From Bdellovibrionales bacterium (GTDB lineage: Bacteria; Bdellovibrionota; Bdellovibrionia; Bdellovibrionales; UBA1609), in NCBI GenBank assembly GCA_027459485.1, contig DAIDIG010000012.1, positions 714 to 64,713 on the forward strand: a stretch of DNA of 64,000 nt, written 5' to 3'. The notes under the pieces are model-generated. The model did not search any database and had not been told where the DNA came from. It was given only the letters and a program-made list of their open reading frames with translations. The translations under genes and the position numbers were made by a program. Positions 17,645 through 27,007 of this stretch are shown piece by piece (positions within the stretch are counted from its first letter, which is position 1; each line of letters begins with the position of its first letter).

Positions 17645-18502
17645 CTAGTCATTCCAAGAAAGGCCTAAAAGTATCCGATTTTGCGGGGGCGTCCACATGT
17701 CGACCTCTCGATTGATTGACTGAAGCGAGACGTTTGTACTGAGATTGCCTTGATAGTGGCGAGTCGCAGTCAAAGTCATGATTTCATCTTCAAACTGCAG
17801 ATCTGACTCAAGATTCACGCGGTGGTTTAAGTCGTAGTCGAGCTTCAAGACCGTGTTGGCCTGGCCCGACACTTGAACATCGAGCTGTTTGTGAAATTTG
17901 TCGTGGGGCTTGTTGTACGTGATGATCGCAGCCCCCGACGCAATATCGTACTTCATTTTGAGCTTCGCGCCGTCCTTCGCTTGGTATTCGATTTTACTCA
18001 ATTTTTTCTGGGCCGCGTACACTTGTTTCAAACTTGCGCTATGCTTGAAGTAATTGTCGATATGATACTCGGCCATCGCATTTAACATGTATTGCCCGAA
18101 CGACTTTTGCTCGGCGATGTACTGATCCATCGGCATAAGGCGGTTCGAAAGGTCACTCTGCGCATCACCGAACTGATTCGAAGCCATTTGAATCTGTTCG
18201 TACTCGGTGTAACCAAAGGTCTTTCGATAATTGTCGATAATATCTCGTTTCAACTTGTCAGTGAATATTTTGTCGTACAGTTTCGTCGTTTCTTTAGGAG
18301 CCGGCGGTGGCAAAATCACGAAGTCCTGGCTCGAATCGGCCTGCTCGCCGCTGACGTCAGACAAGTACCCGGGCGCCCAACCATCCGGGTTGGCCGCTGA
18401 ATCCGCCCTAACTTGCCTGGCTGTCATGACCGCTATGGCAAATAAAATCATAGTAAAAATCATAACTTGGGGACTTCTCCGCAAATTAATAGCCCTCCTC
18501 AA
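17645..18502 (-). CDS. Hypothetical secreted protein
   Basis: 285-aa ORF with a signal peptide (MIFTMILFAIAVMTARQVRA). No recognised domain. Confidence 0.55.
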   Translation of the reverse strand: MRRAINLRRSPQVMIFTMILFAIAVMTARQVRADSAANPDGWAPGYLSDVSGEQADSSQDFVILPPPAPKETTKLYDKIFTDKLKRDIIDNYRKTFGYTEYEQIQMASNQFGDAQSDLSNRLMPMDQYIAEQKSFGQYMLNAMAEYHIDNYFKHSASLKQVYAAQKKLSKIEYQAKDGAKLKMKYDIASGAAIITYNKPHDKFHKQLDVQVSGQANTVLKLDYDLNHRVNLESDLQFEDEIMTLTATRHYQGNLSTNVSLQSINREVDMWTPPQNRILLGLSWND

Positions 18503-18726
18503 TCCATTGCTTTTGCAAGTCCAAGTCCAACCGCAACTTTATAACCTATTGAAAATACAAATGTTTATGGCCTTTTTGACAGCCGTCCTTTGACCGGCGC
18601 CAATTGTCTGTATTTTTCGCTACAAATCGCGGGATGTTAATTAAATCCCGTGGCATTTCGAAAACTTAGTGGTGTTGCATAGCTAACATTGAAACGCGCA
18701 AAATTGTCCTTTATGCTCGCCAGCTT

Positions 18727-19365
18727 ATGAATTTGGCATTGCCTTTACGGCCGCGAAACGATCTGCATTTCGCGCGAAAATTTTTTCATTTTGTTGGCGT
18801 GGTATTTTTGGCCGTTTGTTATCACAACATGGCTCGCGAGACGGCGCTTCTGATTCTCTCGATGACAGCGCTGGCGACAATCGCTCTCGACATCCTGCGC
18901 GTGCGCGTGGGGTCGCTCAACGCTTTTATTCTTTCGGTTTTTGGCCCGTTGATGCGCGAGCATGAGCGCACGAAATGGACGGGGTTTACTTATCTGATTG
19001 TTGGAGTGCTCTTTACGGTCGCGCTTTTTCCGAAGCACATCGTGAACATGGCGCTTTTATTTCTCGCGATTGCCGACCCGACGGCGAGTTATTTTGGCAT
19101 CCGCTTCGGCAAAGATAAATTATTCGGCCGCAAAAGCTTGCAAGGGTCTCTCGCCGCATTTTTCGCATGTACTCTCGTTTCGATTGTGTATTATGTCGCT
19201 CACCGCCTGATGCTCAATCGACTGCTGATTGTCGGGATTCTCTCGGGGCTTGCCGGTGCGTTCGCCGAAGCCGTGCCGCTCGGCCGGCTCGACGATAATC
19301 TTGTTTTGCCCGTCCTCAGCTCGGCTCAATTGTGGCTCATTTTTTATGTTTTCGGAGGCTTTTGA
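18727..19365 (+). CDS. Integral membrane protein of the CTP-dependent polyprenol/diacylglycerol kinase (SEC59/DGK1/VTE5, CdsA-related) family
   Basis: 212 aa with multiple TM segments. FGIRFGKDKLFGRKSLQGSLAAFFAC resembles the kinase/cytidylyltransferase family motif. It lies immediately upstream of pssA. Confidence 0.55.
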   Translation: MNLALPLRPRNDLHFARKFFHFVGVVFLAVCYHNMARETALLILSMTALATIALDILRVRVGSLNAFILSVFGPLMREHERTKWTGFTYLIVGVLFTVALFPKHIVNMALLFLAIADPTASYFGIRFGKDKLFGRKSLQGSLAAFFACTLVSIVYYVAHRLMLNRLLIVGILSGLAGAFAEAVPLGRLDDNLVLPVLSSAQLWLIFYVFGGF

Positions 19366-19367
19366 CG

Positions 19368-20363
19368 ATGTACGATTTTGATAAGGACGCTTCAACGATG
19401 TCGAGTTCGCCGACCACCCCAAATCTGGACCCCGCTAACGAAGCCCGGTTGGCCCGCAAGCTCGCCCGCAAATTCCGTCGCCGTCGTTTCATTCGTGAGC
19501 GGCTCCACGTTAACATTTACGTGCTGCCGAATCTTCTAACGACTGTGAATATGTTTTTTGGCTTTTACGCCATCATCCAGTCCATCACGGGCAATTATTT
19601 AATGGCTGCGTACGCGATTGTGGCTGCAGCCGTATTCGATCAACTCGACGGTCGCGTCGCAAGAATGACTCGATCCACCAGTCACTTTGGCGCCGAATAT
19701 GATTCGCTCTGCGATTTAGTCAGTTTCGGTATCGCGCCGGGCGTGCTCTTATACCTCTGGGCTCTTCAACCGTTTGGTCGCATCGGTTGGCTCGTGAGTT
19801 TTTTCTTTGTGGCTTGCGGGGCGCTGCGACTCGCACGGTTTAATGTGCAAAAGCAAGTGATGAACCCTGCCTACTTTCAGGGCCTGCCCATCCCGATGGC
19901 CGCTGGCATCGTGGCAAGCTCGGTTCTTGCATTCGAGGATTTACATTGGGTGGCGCCCGGCTCGAAAATCTTATTGGCGATGACAGGCCTTCTTGCATTT
20001 GTCATGGTGAGCACGTTTCCGTATCGCAGTTTCAAAGATCTTCACCTCAAACGCCGATTGCCGTTTCACTATTTGGTTTTAGGCGTTTGTCTGATCGCGG
20101 TTATTGCCCTTCGCCCTGAGGTGATGCTCTTCGTGACATTTATGGCTTACGCCACACTGGGTGCTGTGATGGGTATTTTTCGACTCGGGCGCGCCCCGAA
20201 AATGCTCGCGAGCGCCCGCGATATTCGAGCTAACAGCTATGAGCACGAGCTGATCACACGCGGGCCCGAAGATTCCGACGAGAATGAAGACAACGACGAC
20301 CTTCTCGCTGAAGAGGATGACTACTGGGCCGAAGATCTCGACACAGACGAGGATGAAAAATGA
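19368..20363 (+). CDS. pssA: CDP-diacylglycerol--serine O-phosphatidyltransferase
   Basis: CDP-alcohol phosphatidyltransferase motif (DQLDGRVARMTRSTSHFGAEYDSLCDLVSFG). ATG at 19368 with GGAGG 9 nt upstream. Basic N-terminal and strongly acidic C-terminal tails. Confidence 0.85.
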   Translation: MYDFDKDASTMSSSPTTPNLDPANEARLARKLARKFRRRRFIRERLHVNIYVLPNLLTTVNMFFGFYAIIQSITGNYLMAAYAIVAAAVFDQLDGRVARMTRSTSHFGAEYDSLCDLVSFGIAPGVLLYLWALQPFGRIGWLVSFFFVACGALRLARFNVQKQVMNPAYFQGLPIPMAAGIVASSVLAFEDLHWVAPGSKILLAMTGLLAFVMVSTFPYRSFKDLHLKRRLPFHYLVLGVCLIAVIALRPEVMLFVTFMAYATLGAVMGIFRLGRAPKMLASARDIRANSYEHELITRGPEDSDENEDNDDLLAEEDDYWAEDLDTDEDEK

Positions 20364-21379
20364 AAATTGGTGTAGTTGGCGCCACCGGCATGGTGGGCGA
20401 AGTCTTCATGAACATTCTCGCGCGCAGCAAATTTCAAGTCACCGAATTGCGCCCGTTCGCTTCGGAGAAAAGCGAAGGCCTCAAAGTCAAATCGTGCGGC
20501 AAAGAATGGCCCGTGCAGAGTTTGTACGACGGATGTTTCAACGGCCTCGATCTTGTATTTTTCTCGTCAGGCGACGACATCTCTCGCGAGTGGGCGCCGA
20601 AAGCGGTTCAAGCGGGGGCATTTGCTGTTGATAACTCTGCCGCATTTCGCATGAATCCTGATTTCCCGCTAGTGGTCCCGGAAGTCAACGCGACCCGTTT
20701 GCCGCCTCGAACTCAGCCGACAATCATCGCAAACCCGAACTGTTCAACCATTCAACTTGTTGTCGTGTTGAATGCGTTAAAGAAATTCGGTTTACGCGAC
20801 GTACGCGTGGCGACTTATCAAGCTGTGAGTGGCGCCGGCAAAGCAGGGCGCGAAGAATTACTCGCGCAACTTCGTGAAGAATTGGCAATCCGCGGTCACG
20901 GTGACAGCGTCCCCGCCGCCAAACCCGAAGTGTTCGCTCACGAGATCGCATTTAATTGCATCCCACACATCGGATCCTTCAACGAGAATGGTGACTGCAC
21001 CGAAGAGACAAAAATCGTAAATGAGACCCGCAAAATACTCGAGCAACCTAAATTAAAAATCAGCGCTTTTACCGTGCGAGTGCCGGCACTCAATTCACAT
21101 AGCGAGGCGGCGTGGGTGACGTTTGATCGAACTGTCGAACGCACCGAAATCATGTCGGCTCTTGAAAATGAAGCCGGTATAGCATTCATCCCACAGCGCC
21201 AACCCCGCGATTACCCGACTCCGCGGATGGCATCGGGGCAAGACCCCGTTTACGTCGGCCGCGTTCATCAAGATTCGAGCGATCCCCACACGTGGCTGCT
21301 TTGGATTGTGGCGGATAATATACTGAAAGGCGCGGCCCTCAATGGGCTACAGATTGCCGAACGAATTTTTCGCACTTAA
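20360..21379 (+). CDS. asd: Aspartate-semialdehyde dehydrogenase
   Basis: 339 aa. MKIGVVGATGMVG NAD motif, active-site IANPNCSTI, SGAG motif. The start overlaps the pssA stop (ATGA). Confidence 0.95.
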   Translation: MKIGVVGATGMVGEVFMNILARSKFQVTELRPFASEKSEGLKVKSCGKEWPVQSLYDGCFNGLDLVFFSSGDDISREWAPKAVQAGAFAVDNSAAFRMNPDFPLVVPEVNATRLPPRTQPTIIANPNCSTIQLVVVLNALKKFGLRDVRVATYQAVSGAGKAGREELLAQLREELAIRGHGDSVPAAKPEVFAHEIAFNCIPHIGSFNENGDCTEETKIVNETRKILEQPKLKISAFTVRVPALNSHSEAAWVTFDRTVERTEIMSALENEAGIAFIPQRQPRDYPTPRMASGQDPVYVGRVHQDSSDPHTWLLWIVADNILKGAALNGLQIAERIFRT

Positions 21380-21462
21380 AGGCCGTACCGTGGCCCGCTT
21401 GCCTGTCTCATTCTGATGCTTGATTTTTTGACATTTCCGGCTTGGGGTGAAATCATGAATAT

Positions 21463-22935
21463 ATGGATCAAGGGCGGGGTCAGAGATCAATTAAATTATG
21501 GTTGAGAGCCATTGTCTCAGTTTGGGTCATTCCCTTTATTCTTTTACTAGCCGGCCAAACGGCCTGGGCGCAATACGGTCAAATCGCCGAACTCGTTAAT
21601 GTTACAGGCGCCTCGAATTTTTCGGGCAATGGCTTTAATTCGAACCCCGCCATTTACGGCGGGGTCGCCGGGAGTCTACCCGCACCTGGCACGGCAGGCT
21701 GCACGCAAGATGGTACATCCGCCTGCAACACGTGCACAAGCACAACTGCCTGTAACGCCAATCGTATTTATCCGTCTGAGCAGGTCACTATAACGGCGGC
21801 AATCATCAGCGGCGTTCAAACTGGTTATGCAAATTTCGCTTTTCTCGTCGCCGAAACAGGTAATGGCACCTATCAAGCCATTAATGCAAGTAGCGGGCAA
21901 GGCTCACCCGTATACGCCGCCGGCCAAACCGTCAGCTTCACAACGACTTGGCAAGATATTTGTACGGCATTCGCTGACATGAACGGCACCAATACGGACT
22001 GCAACACTTCCGCAAATCCGTTCAATCTCTACCTGGTCTTACAAAACACGACGACTTTCAGCGGTCAGCTGGTGGGCGATTACCAACTGATTCAAGTTTA
22101 TATTATGGGTGCCACCGACCCAAACCCGATGAATCCCTGTTTAACTGGCGCCTCGTCGACGACAGATGCGTACGGTTTTTGTAACTTCTTTGCTAATGCC
22201 GGTGACAGCGAAGTCTATATCGAAAATCCAGCCGAAAATATTTCGTGCCCGGGTAACAGCGGTAACACGGGAATTTCGGGGGTGCGCGTTTTTTATCTCC
22301 CCGACGACGGAACGAACACTTTTTCGTCGATCAATTATTCAAGCCCGCACCAAGATTTTCAAATCGACAGTAACTGTAACCCAGTCGGAAATTGGACCGT
22401 CACCGGCCTCACCAACGGCCAAGGGTATTTTTTCTTAATCTCAGTATTGGATGCCGCGAATAACAATTCATTACTGCTCGACAACACGCCGACTAGCGTT
22501 TTGCTCAGCAGTAACGGCGGGCCGTGCTTCGATGGCAGTAATTTCAATCAAAGTCAGATCAACTCGTGCCTTCAATACTCAGTGCCCGGCAAAGTCATCG
22601 GCCTTCTACCAGGCGGAGTGAGCTGCTTCATCGCCACCGCAGCCTACGGTTCACCGTTTCAACCGATCGTCAAAACCCTGCGTGCCTGGCGCGACCAATT
22701 TTTATTGCCTTATCATTACGGCCGCGCATTCGTTCGGTTTTATTACCGGCATAGCCCCTATTTCGCGATCCGCATTCGCAAATCGGCAGTTCTCAAACAC
22801 ATCACACAAGCGGCGCTCGTACCCGTATGGAGTGTCGCGTGGCTCATGCTCAACTACGGTTCGATCGGCGCCATCCTCATCATCGTAAGCAGCATCTTTT
22901 TATTCGTTTATCTCACGCGAGACGCCCGCACATGA
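21463..22935 (+). CDS. Secreted Cys/Asn/Thr-rich surface protein with FN3-like domain and conserved C-terminal CFIATAAYGS module
   Basis: 490 aa. Signal peptide (VIPFILLLAGQTAWAQ), many Cys, an FN3-like stretch (VRVFYLP...NWTVTGLTNGQGYFFLISVLDAANN). C-terminal GGVSCFIATAAYGSPFQPIVKTLRAWRDQFLL... is followed by a terminal TM (IGAILIIVSSIFLFVYL) and a basic tail. Confidence 0.7.
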   Translation: MDQGRGQRSIKLWLRAIVSVWVIPFILLLAGQTAWAQYGQIAELVNVTGASNFSGNGFNSNPAIYGGVAGSLPAPGTAGCTQDGTSACNTCTSTTACNANRIYPSEQVTITAAIISGVQTGYANFAFLVAETGNGTYQAINASSGQGSPVYAAGQTVSFTTTWQDICTAFADMNGTNTDCNTSANPFNLYLVLQNTTTFSGQLVGDYQLIQVYIMGATDPNPMNPCLTGASSTTDAYGFCNFFANAGDSEVYIENPAENISCPGNSGNTGISGVRVFYLPDDGTNTFSSINYSSPHQDFQIDSNCNPVGNWTVTGLTNGQGYFFLISVLDAANNNSLLLDNTPTSVLLSSNGGPCFDGSNFNQSQINSCLQYSVPGKVIGLLPGGVSCFIATAAYGSPFQPIVKTLRAWRDQFLLPYHYGRAFVRFYYRHSPYFAIRIRKSAVLKHITQAALVPVWSVAWLMLNYGSIGAILIIVSSIFLFVYLTRDART

Positions 22936-23762
22936 AATGGTGGTTGATTCTAGTTCTCATTGCCTCCGCCGCATGCTCTGTCGCATCGGCCGAAACATCC
23001 GGCGATAGCACGTCGGCAAAGGTGGATGTGTCGAAGGATGTCCCGATTGATAACTCGGATATCCCTCAGCCATCCCGTTACATCGAACATCCGCTCGCGA
23101 AACAGGGCCTCTACAAAATTGACACTGAAGGTGTTTATTATTACCGAGTCAATTTGCCCGTTCCGAAACACACGGTTTCGGTGAGGCTTGGCTCTTTTAC
23201 TCCCAACAGTTTAGTGAACCCGCAGAATTCGAGCGCGACGTTCAATCAAATATACGGCGCCGAAACGCCGATCATATTGATCTACGATTATGAACGGCCG
23301 TTTTTTCGCTCGGCCGGAGTATTGTCCTGGAAGCTCGGCACCGGCCTTTTCACCGCTTCCGGCCATGGTATTTTTGTGAATCCGAATCGCGACACTCCCC
23401 GCGAAGGGTTTACTTTGATTTCGATCCCCATCAGTGCCGGCCTTGTTTACTCATTGCAGTTTGTGCCGCGCCAATGGATCATACCCTACGCAGAGGGGGG
23501 TGGCGATTTCTTCGGCCTTTCAGAAATTCGAAGTGACGCCGCCGCCGGCATTGCGGGAGTGGCTGGTGCCGCGACAGCCCACTTTTCGTTCGGCGCGAGA
23601 ATCCCGCTCGGTTTTGGTGTGCGATCATTTCTCGATATGGCTCGCGAATACGGCATCTCGACTATGTATATGACAGCCGAATATCGCGATTACATGGGAC
23701 TCACAAAAAACTACGATTTGACGGGTAGTACGATCACGGTTGGCATCGCCGCCGATTACTGA
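22932..23762 (+). CDS. Putative outer-membrane beta-barrel protein
   Basis: The ATG at 22932 overlaps the upstream TGA (ATGA). Signal peptide (WWLILVLIASAACSVASA), alternating hydrophobic pattern, aromatic C-terminal residue (...VGIAADY). Confidence 0.55.
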   Translation: MKWWLILVLIASAACSVASAETSGDSTSAKVDVSKDVPIDNSDIPQPSRYIEHPLAKQGLYKIDTEGVYYYRVNLPVPKHTVSVRLGSFTPNSLVNPQNSSATFNQIYGAETPIILIYDYERPFFRSAGVLSWKLGTGLFTASGHGIFVNPNRDTPREGFTLISIPISAGLVYSLQFVPRQWIIPYAEGGGDFFGLSEIRSDAAAGIAGVAGAATAHFSFGARIPLGFGVRSFLDMAREYGISTMYMTAEYRDYMGLTKNYDLTGSTITVGIAADY

Positions 23763-23774
23763 TACGCACTCGTC

Positions 23775-24557
23775 GTGGCTCGCATCAAACTTATTTTGAA
23801 ATATGACGGCACCGAATTCGCCGGTTGGCAGCGGCAGCGCGAAACGGCTGAAACGCTGCCCACAATTCAGGCAGCGCTCGAAGGGTGCTTAAGCCAAATT
23901 TTTGAACAAACTATAAAAGCCGTTGCTTCGGGCCGCACGGATGCCGGTGTGCACGCGGAGGCCCAGGTCGTCCATTTCGATGCCCCTCGAGATCTCGACA
24001 ATATCCGCCTCGTACGCGCGCTCAATGCTATGTTGCCGAACTCGATATCCGTAACTCATGCGTATGTGGCACCGGATGACTTTCACGCATTGTTTTCAGC
24101 CACAGGCAAAACCTATCGGTATGTGATTTATAATTCTGCCATTCGCGATCCGCTTCAGATTCGCTATGCCACTTGGGTTCAGAAGCCTCTCGATTTGGCG
24201 AAGCTCGAACCCTTAGCGAAAGTGCTCATCGGCGAGCACGATTTTAAAAGCTTTCAAACGAGCGGGACCGAAGTGAAATCGACTATCCGCACGGTCGAAA
24301 AAGCGCATTGGTCCAGACTTCACGAGCCTTTGATTGAATTTCGCATAACCGGCAGCGGGTTTCTGAAGCAGATGGTGCGCAATATCGTCGGGACCATGCT
24401 TTATTTGCATCAAAACGGCGGCGGCCCGAGCCACATGACAGCGATTTTGCAGGCTCGAGATCGAACCAAGGCCAAAATGACGGCGCCCCCACAGGGTCTT
24501 CACCTTCATGCGGTCTATTATCCGCCCGAACTTGACAAGGCCTGCCGTGAACTCTAA
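23775..24557 (+). CDS. truA: tRNA pseudouridine(38-40) synthase
   Basis: 260 aa with a GTG start. YDGTEFAGWQRQ and the catalytic GRTDAGVHA motif. Confidence 0.95.
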   Translation: MARIKLILKYDGTEFAGWQRQRETAETLPTIQAALEGCLSQIFEQTIKAVASGRTDAGVHAEAQVVHFDAPRDLDNIRLVRALNAMLPNSISVTHAYVAPDDFHALFSATGKTYRYVIYNSAIRDPLQIRYATWVQKPLDLAKLEPLAKVLIGEHDFKSFQTSGTEVKSTIRTVEKAHWSRLHEPLIEFRITGSGFLKQMVRNIVGTMLYLHQNGGGPSHMTAILQARDRTKAKMTAPPQGLHLHAVYYPPELDKACREL

Positions 24558-24619
24558 AACAATCGTCTTTGAGCCCGAGGCGGCGAAAGCGACACTCATG
24601 CGACGGGCAGAGGTTTAAA

Positions 24620-25081
24620 ATGGCATATAAAACTTGGACGGCCAAAAAGGGCGTCTTAAATGATGGCGAAGTGACTGTTGATAGAAAATGGTGGCTGGTA
24701 GATGCCAAAGGGCAGACGCTTGGCCGCCTTGCAACCGAAGTTGCAATGATCATCCGCGGTAAAACGAAGCCGACGTTCACTCCCCATGTTGATACGGGCG
24801 ATCACGTTGTCGTGATTAACAGTGATCAAATCCAAATGACCGGCAAGAAGTGGCAAGAGAAACTTTACTACCGTCACTCTCGTTTTTTCGGCGGTTTGAA
24901 ATCTTTGACGGCCGAACAGCAAAAAGAAAAAGATTCGACGTTCATGATTACTGAAGCGGTTCGCGGGATGCTCCCTAAAAATAAGCTGTCTCGTGAGATA
25001 ATCAAAAATTTGAAAGTTTATCGCGGGGCCGAACATCCCCACGCTCAGCAAAAACCCGAAGCTTTGACGCTTTCGAAATAA
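24620..25081 (+). CDS. rplM: 50S ribosomal protein L13
   Basis: WWLVDAKGQTLGRLATEVAMIIRGK...TPHVDTGDHVVVINSD is canonical L13. ATG at 24620 with a GCAGAGG Shine-Dalgarno. Confidence 0.95.
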   Translation: MAYKTWTAKKGVLNDGEVTVDRKWWLVDAKGQTLGRLATEVAMIIRGKTKPTFTPHVDTGDHVVVINSDQIQMTGKKWQEKLYYRHSRFFGGLKSLTAEQQKEKDSTFMITEAVRGMLPKNKLSREIIKNLKVYRGAEHPHAQQKPEALTLSK

Positions 25082-25093
25082 GGAATCACAGTA

Positions 25094-25492
25094 ATGGCAA
25101 AAGCGACTGTCTACTATGCAACCGGTAAACGTAAAACCAGCGCGGCTCGCGTATTTTTGAAAGCAGGATCGGGCAAAGTCGAAGTTAACTCCCTGCCTAT
25201 CGACAAATATTTGCCGACACCCGTGAGCATCATGAAGGCGCTATCGCCCTTTGCGGTCACTGAAGCCAAAGATAAATACGACGCCGAAGTCACAGTTATC
25301 GGCGGCGGTAAAATCGGCCAAGCCGGGGCCATCTGTCACGGCATCACTCGCGCACTGCTCGTCGCCGACGGTGAAAAGTATCGCCCGGCACTCAAAAAAG
25401 CCGGCCTGATTACGCGCGATGACCGTATGGTCGAGCGTAAAAAATACGGTAAGCATAAAGCCCGTAAACGCCCGCAATACTCGAAACGCTAG
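25094..25492 (+). CDS. rpsI: 30S ribosomal protein S9
   Basis: 132 aa. YYATGKRKTSAARVFL... and the C-terminal RDDRMVERKKYGKHKARKRPQYSKR. Confidence 0.97.
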   Translation: MAKATVYYATGKRKTSAARVFLKAGSGKVEVNSLPIDKYLPTPVSIMKALSPFAVTEAKDKYDAEVTVIGGGKIGQAGAICHGITRALLVADGEKYRPALKKAGLITRDDRMVERKKYGKHKARKRPQYSKR

Positions 25493-25606
25493 AAAATCGC
25501 CGAAAACCCTTCATCTGCTTCGTTGTTTCGTCGCAGCGGTTGTGCGGAGTATGACATACATAGACCTCCGCGCTCGATCAGTCGTCTCGCCATCGCTGAT
25601 TTTGAT

Positions 25607-27004
25607 TTACCGAAACTTATTCACGATTTCTTTGAAGTAGTTGCCGCGTTCGACATAGTTTTCGAACATATCGAAGCTCGAGCAACCCGGTGATAATAAC
25701 ACCGTGTCGCCGATTCGGCTTTTTTGAAACGCGATCAAGACGGCTTCTTCAAAAGTACCGATCAGAAACGTCTCGGCGAAATCGCCGATGTCACGGTTGA
25801 TACGCTCCTTCGCTTCGCCGATCAAAATCAACGTCTTTACTTTTCGCCGAATGATTTCGACAATCGGCGTGTACGTAAGATTCGTATCTTTGCCGCCCAT
25901 AATGAGAATCACATTTTCATCAAATGCATCAAGTGCGCGGCGTACGGCCTGAACGTTCGTGGCCTTTGAATCGTTGTAGAATTCAACTCCACCCACACGG
26001 CGGACGTATTCGAGGCGATGAGGCATGCCGGCGAAGTTATCCATGGTGTTTTGAATCGCCTCGTGCTTGGCCCCGAACTCACGCGCGGCCAAAAGAGCGG
26101 CCATGATATTTTCGATCGAATGCGTGCCCTTCATTTTGATATTCGAAAGGTTGAAATATTCTATTTCGGGGCCGGTGCGGACATGAATCTTGTCTTTGAT
26201 CGCCACCGCTCCGCCGATATTCATAATCTGGGGCTCAAGCGATTGCTTACGCGAGAAATAAAAAATGCGCCCGCGCTGAACGGCTGGATCGCGCGCCAAT
26301 TCGACAACCGCGTTGTCGTCGGCGTTTAAAATACTTGTGGTCGACTGGTTGGTGTTTAAGAAAATCTTTCGTTTGGCATTTACGTACTCTTCCATGTTGC
26401 GATAACGATCGAGATGATTTTCTGCCAAGTTCGTGAAAATGACGTATCGCGGGGTGAACGATTCAACGTGCTCTAGCATAAAGCTGGAAACTTCGCAGAT
26501 GAGCACCTGCGCGTCTTGCGGCCCCATTAAGTATTCAGATAAAGGCGCCCCGTAATTACCGCCGAGCCACGTGTTGATGCCTGATTCTTTTAAAAACAGA
26601 TGGGTTAGATGCGCAACGGTGGTCTTGCCGTTCGTTCCGGTAATAGCAATCACTGGCTCTTTTATAAATCTTGAGCAAAATTCGAACTCACCCGTCACTT
26701 TCACGCCCTGGCTTCTTGCATAGTCAAAAATTTTCAGGTTTGGCGAGATCCCCGGGCTCAATACGATGAGATCTTGATTGAGAAAAGTTTTAGGAGTGTG
26801 ACCGCCCAATTCATAGGTGACTTGAACCCCATCCATCAGTTCGAGGTAATTGGCGAGTTCCGCGCGGGATTTATGATCGCTGATCGTCACTTGCGCCCCG
26901 TGCTTCACGAGAAATTTTGCAAGTGAAACCCCCGTGCGGGCCATGCCGACTACTAAAATGCGCTGATTCTTCAATTCCGAAACGTCTTTGTACATCGCGT
27001 GCAC
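25607..27004 (-). CDS. murD: UDP-N-acetylmuramoylalanine--D-glutamate ligase
   Basis: 465 aa. Rossmann VVGMARTG, Mur ligase P-loop ITGTNGKTTV, C-terminal DSKATN. Confidence 0.95.
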   Translation of the reverse strand: MHAMYKDVSELKNQRILVVGMARTGVSLAKFLVKHGAQVTISDHKSRAELANYLELMDGVQVTYELGGHTPKTFLNQDLIVLSPGISPNLKIFDYARSQGVKVTGEFEFCSRFIKEPVIAITGTNGKTTVAHLTHLFLKESGINTWLGGNYGAPLSEYLMGPQDAQVLICEVSSFMLEHVESFTPRYVIFTNLAENHLDRYRNMEEYVNAKRKIFLNTNQSTTSILNADDNAVVELARDPAVQRGRIFYFSRKQSLEPQIMNIGGAVAIKDKIHVRTGPEIEYFNLSNIKMKGTHSIENIMAALLAAREFGAKHEAIQNTMDNFAGMPHRLEYVRRVGGVEFYNDSKATNVQAVRRALDAFDENVILIMGGKDTNLTYTPIVEIIRRKVKTLILIGEAKERINRDIGDFAETFLIGTFEEAVLIAFQKSRIGDTVLLSPGCSSFDMFENYVERGNYFKEIVNKFR

Positions 27005-27007
27005 TCC

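Noticed and set aside
18640-18665. Imperfect palindrome CGGGAT-GTTAATTAA-ATCCCG in the 224-bp spacer upstream of 18727, considered as an RNA gene or terminator.
   Set aside because: The stem is 6 bp with no U-tract, and both neighbouring genes diverge from this spacer, so no terminator is expected. It may be an operator, but there is nothing further to support it.
21388-21405. Possible sigma-54 promoters: TGGCCC-GC-TTGCC (21390 region) and TGGCAT...TTGCAT (18644-18680 region).
   Set aside because: The spacing between the GG and GC elements is wrong: 2 nt in the first case and more than 20 nt in the second, instead of the fixed spacing of TGGCAC-N5-TTGC.
25543-25572. Inverted repeat GCGGAG-N16-CTCCGC between convergent rpsI and murD as a bidirectional terminator.
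   Set aside because: The stem is only 6 bp with a 16-nt loop and no adjacent T- or A-run. That is too weak to call.
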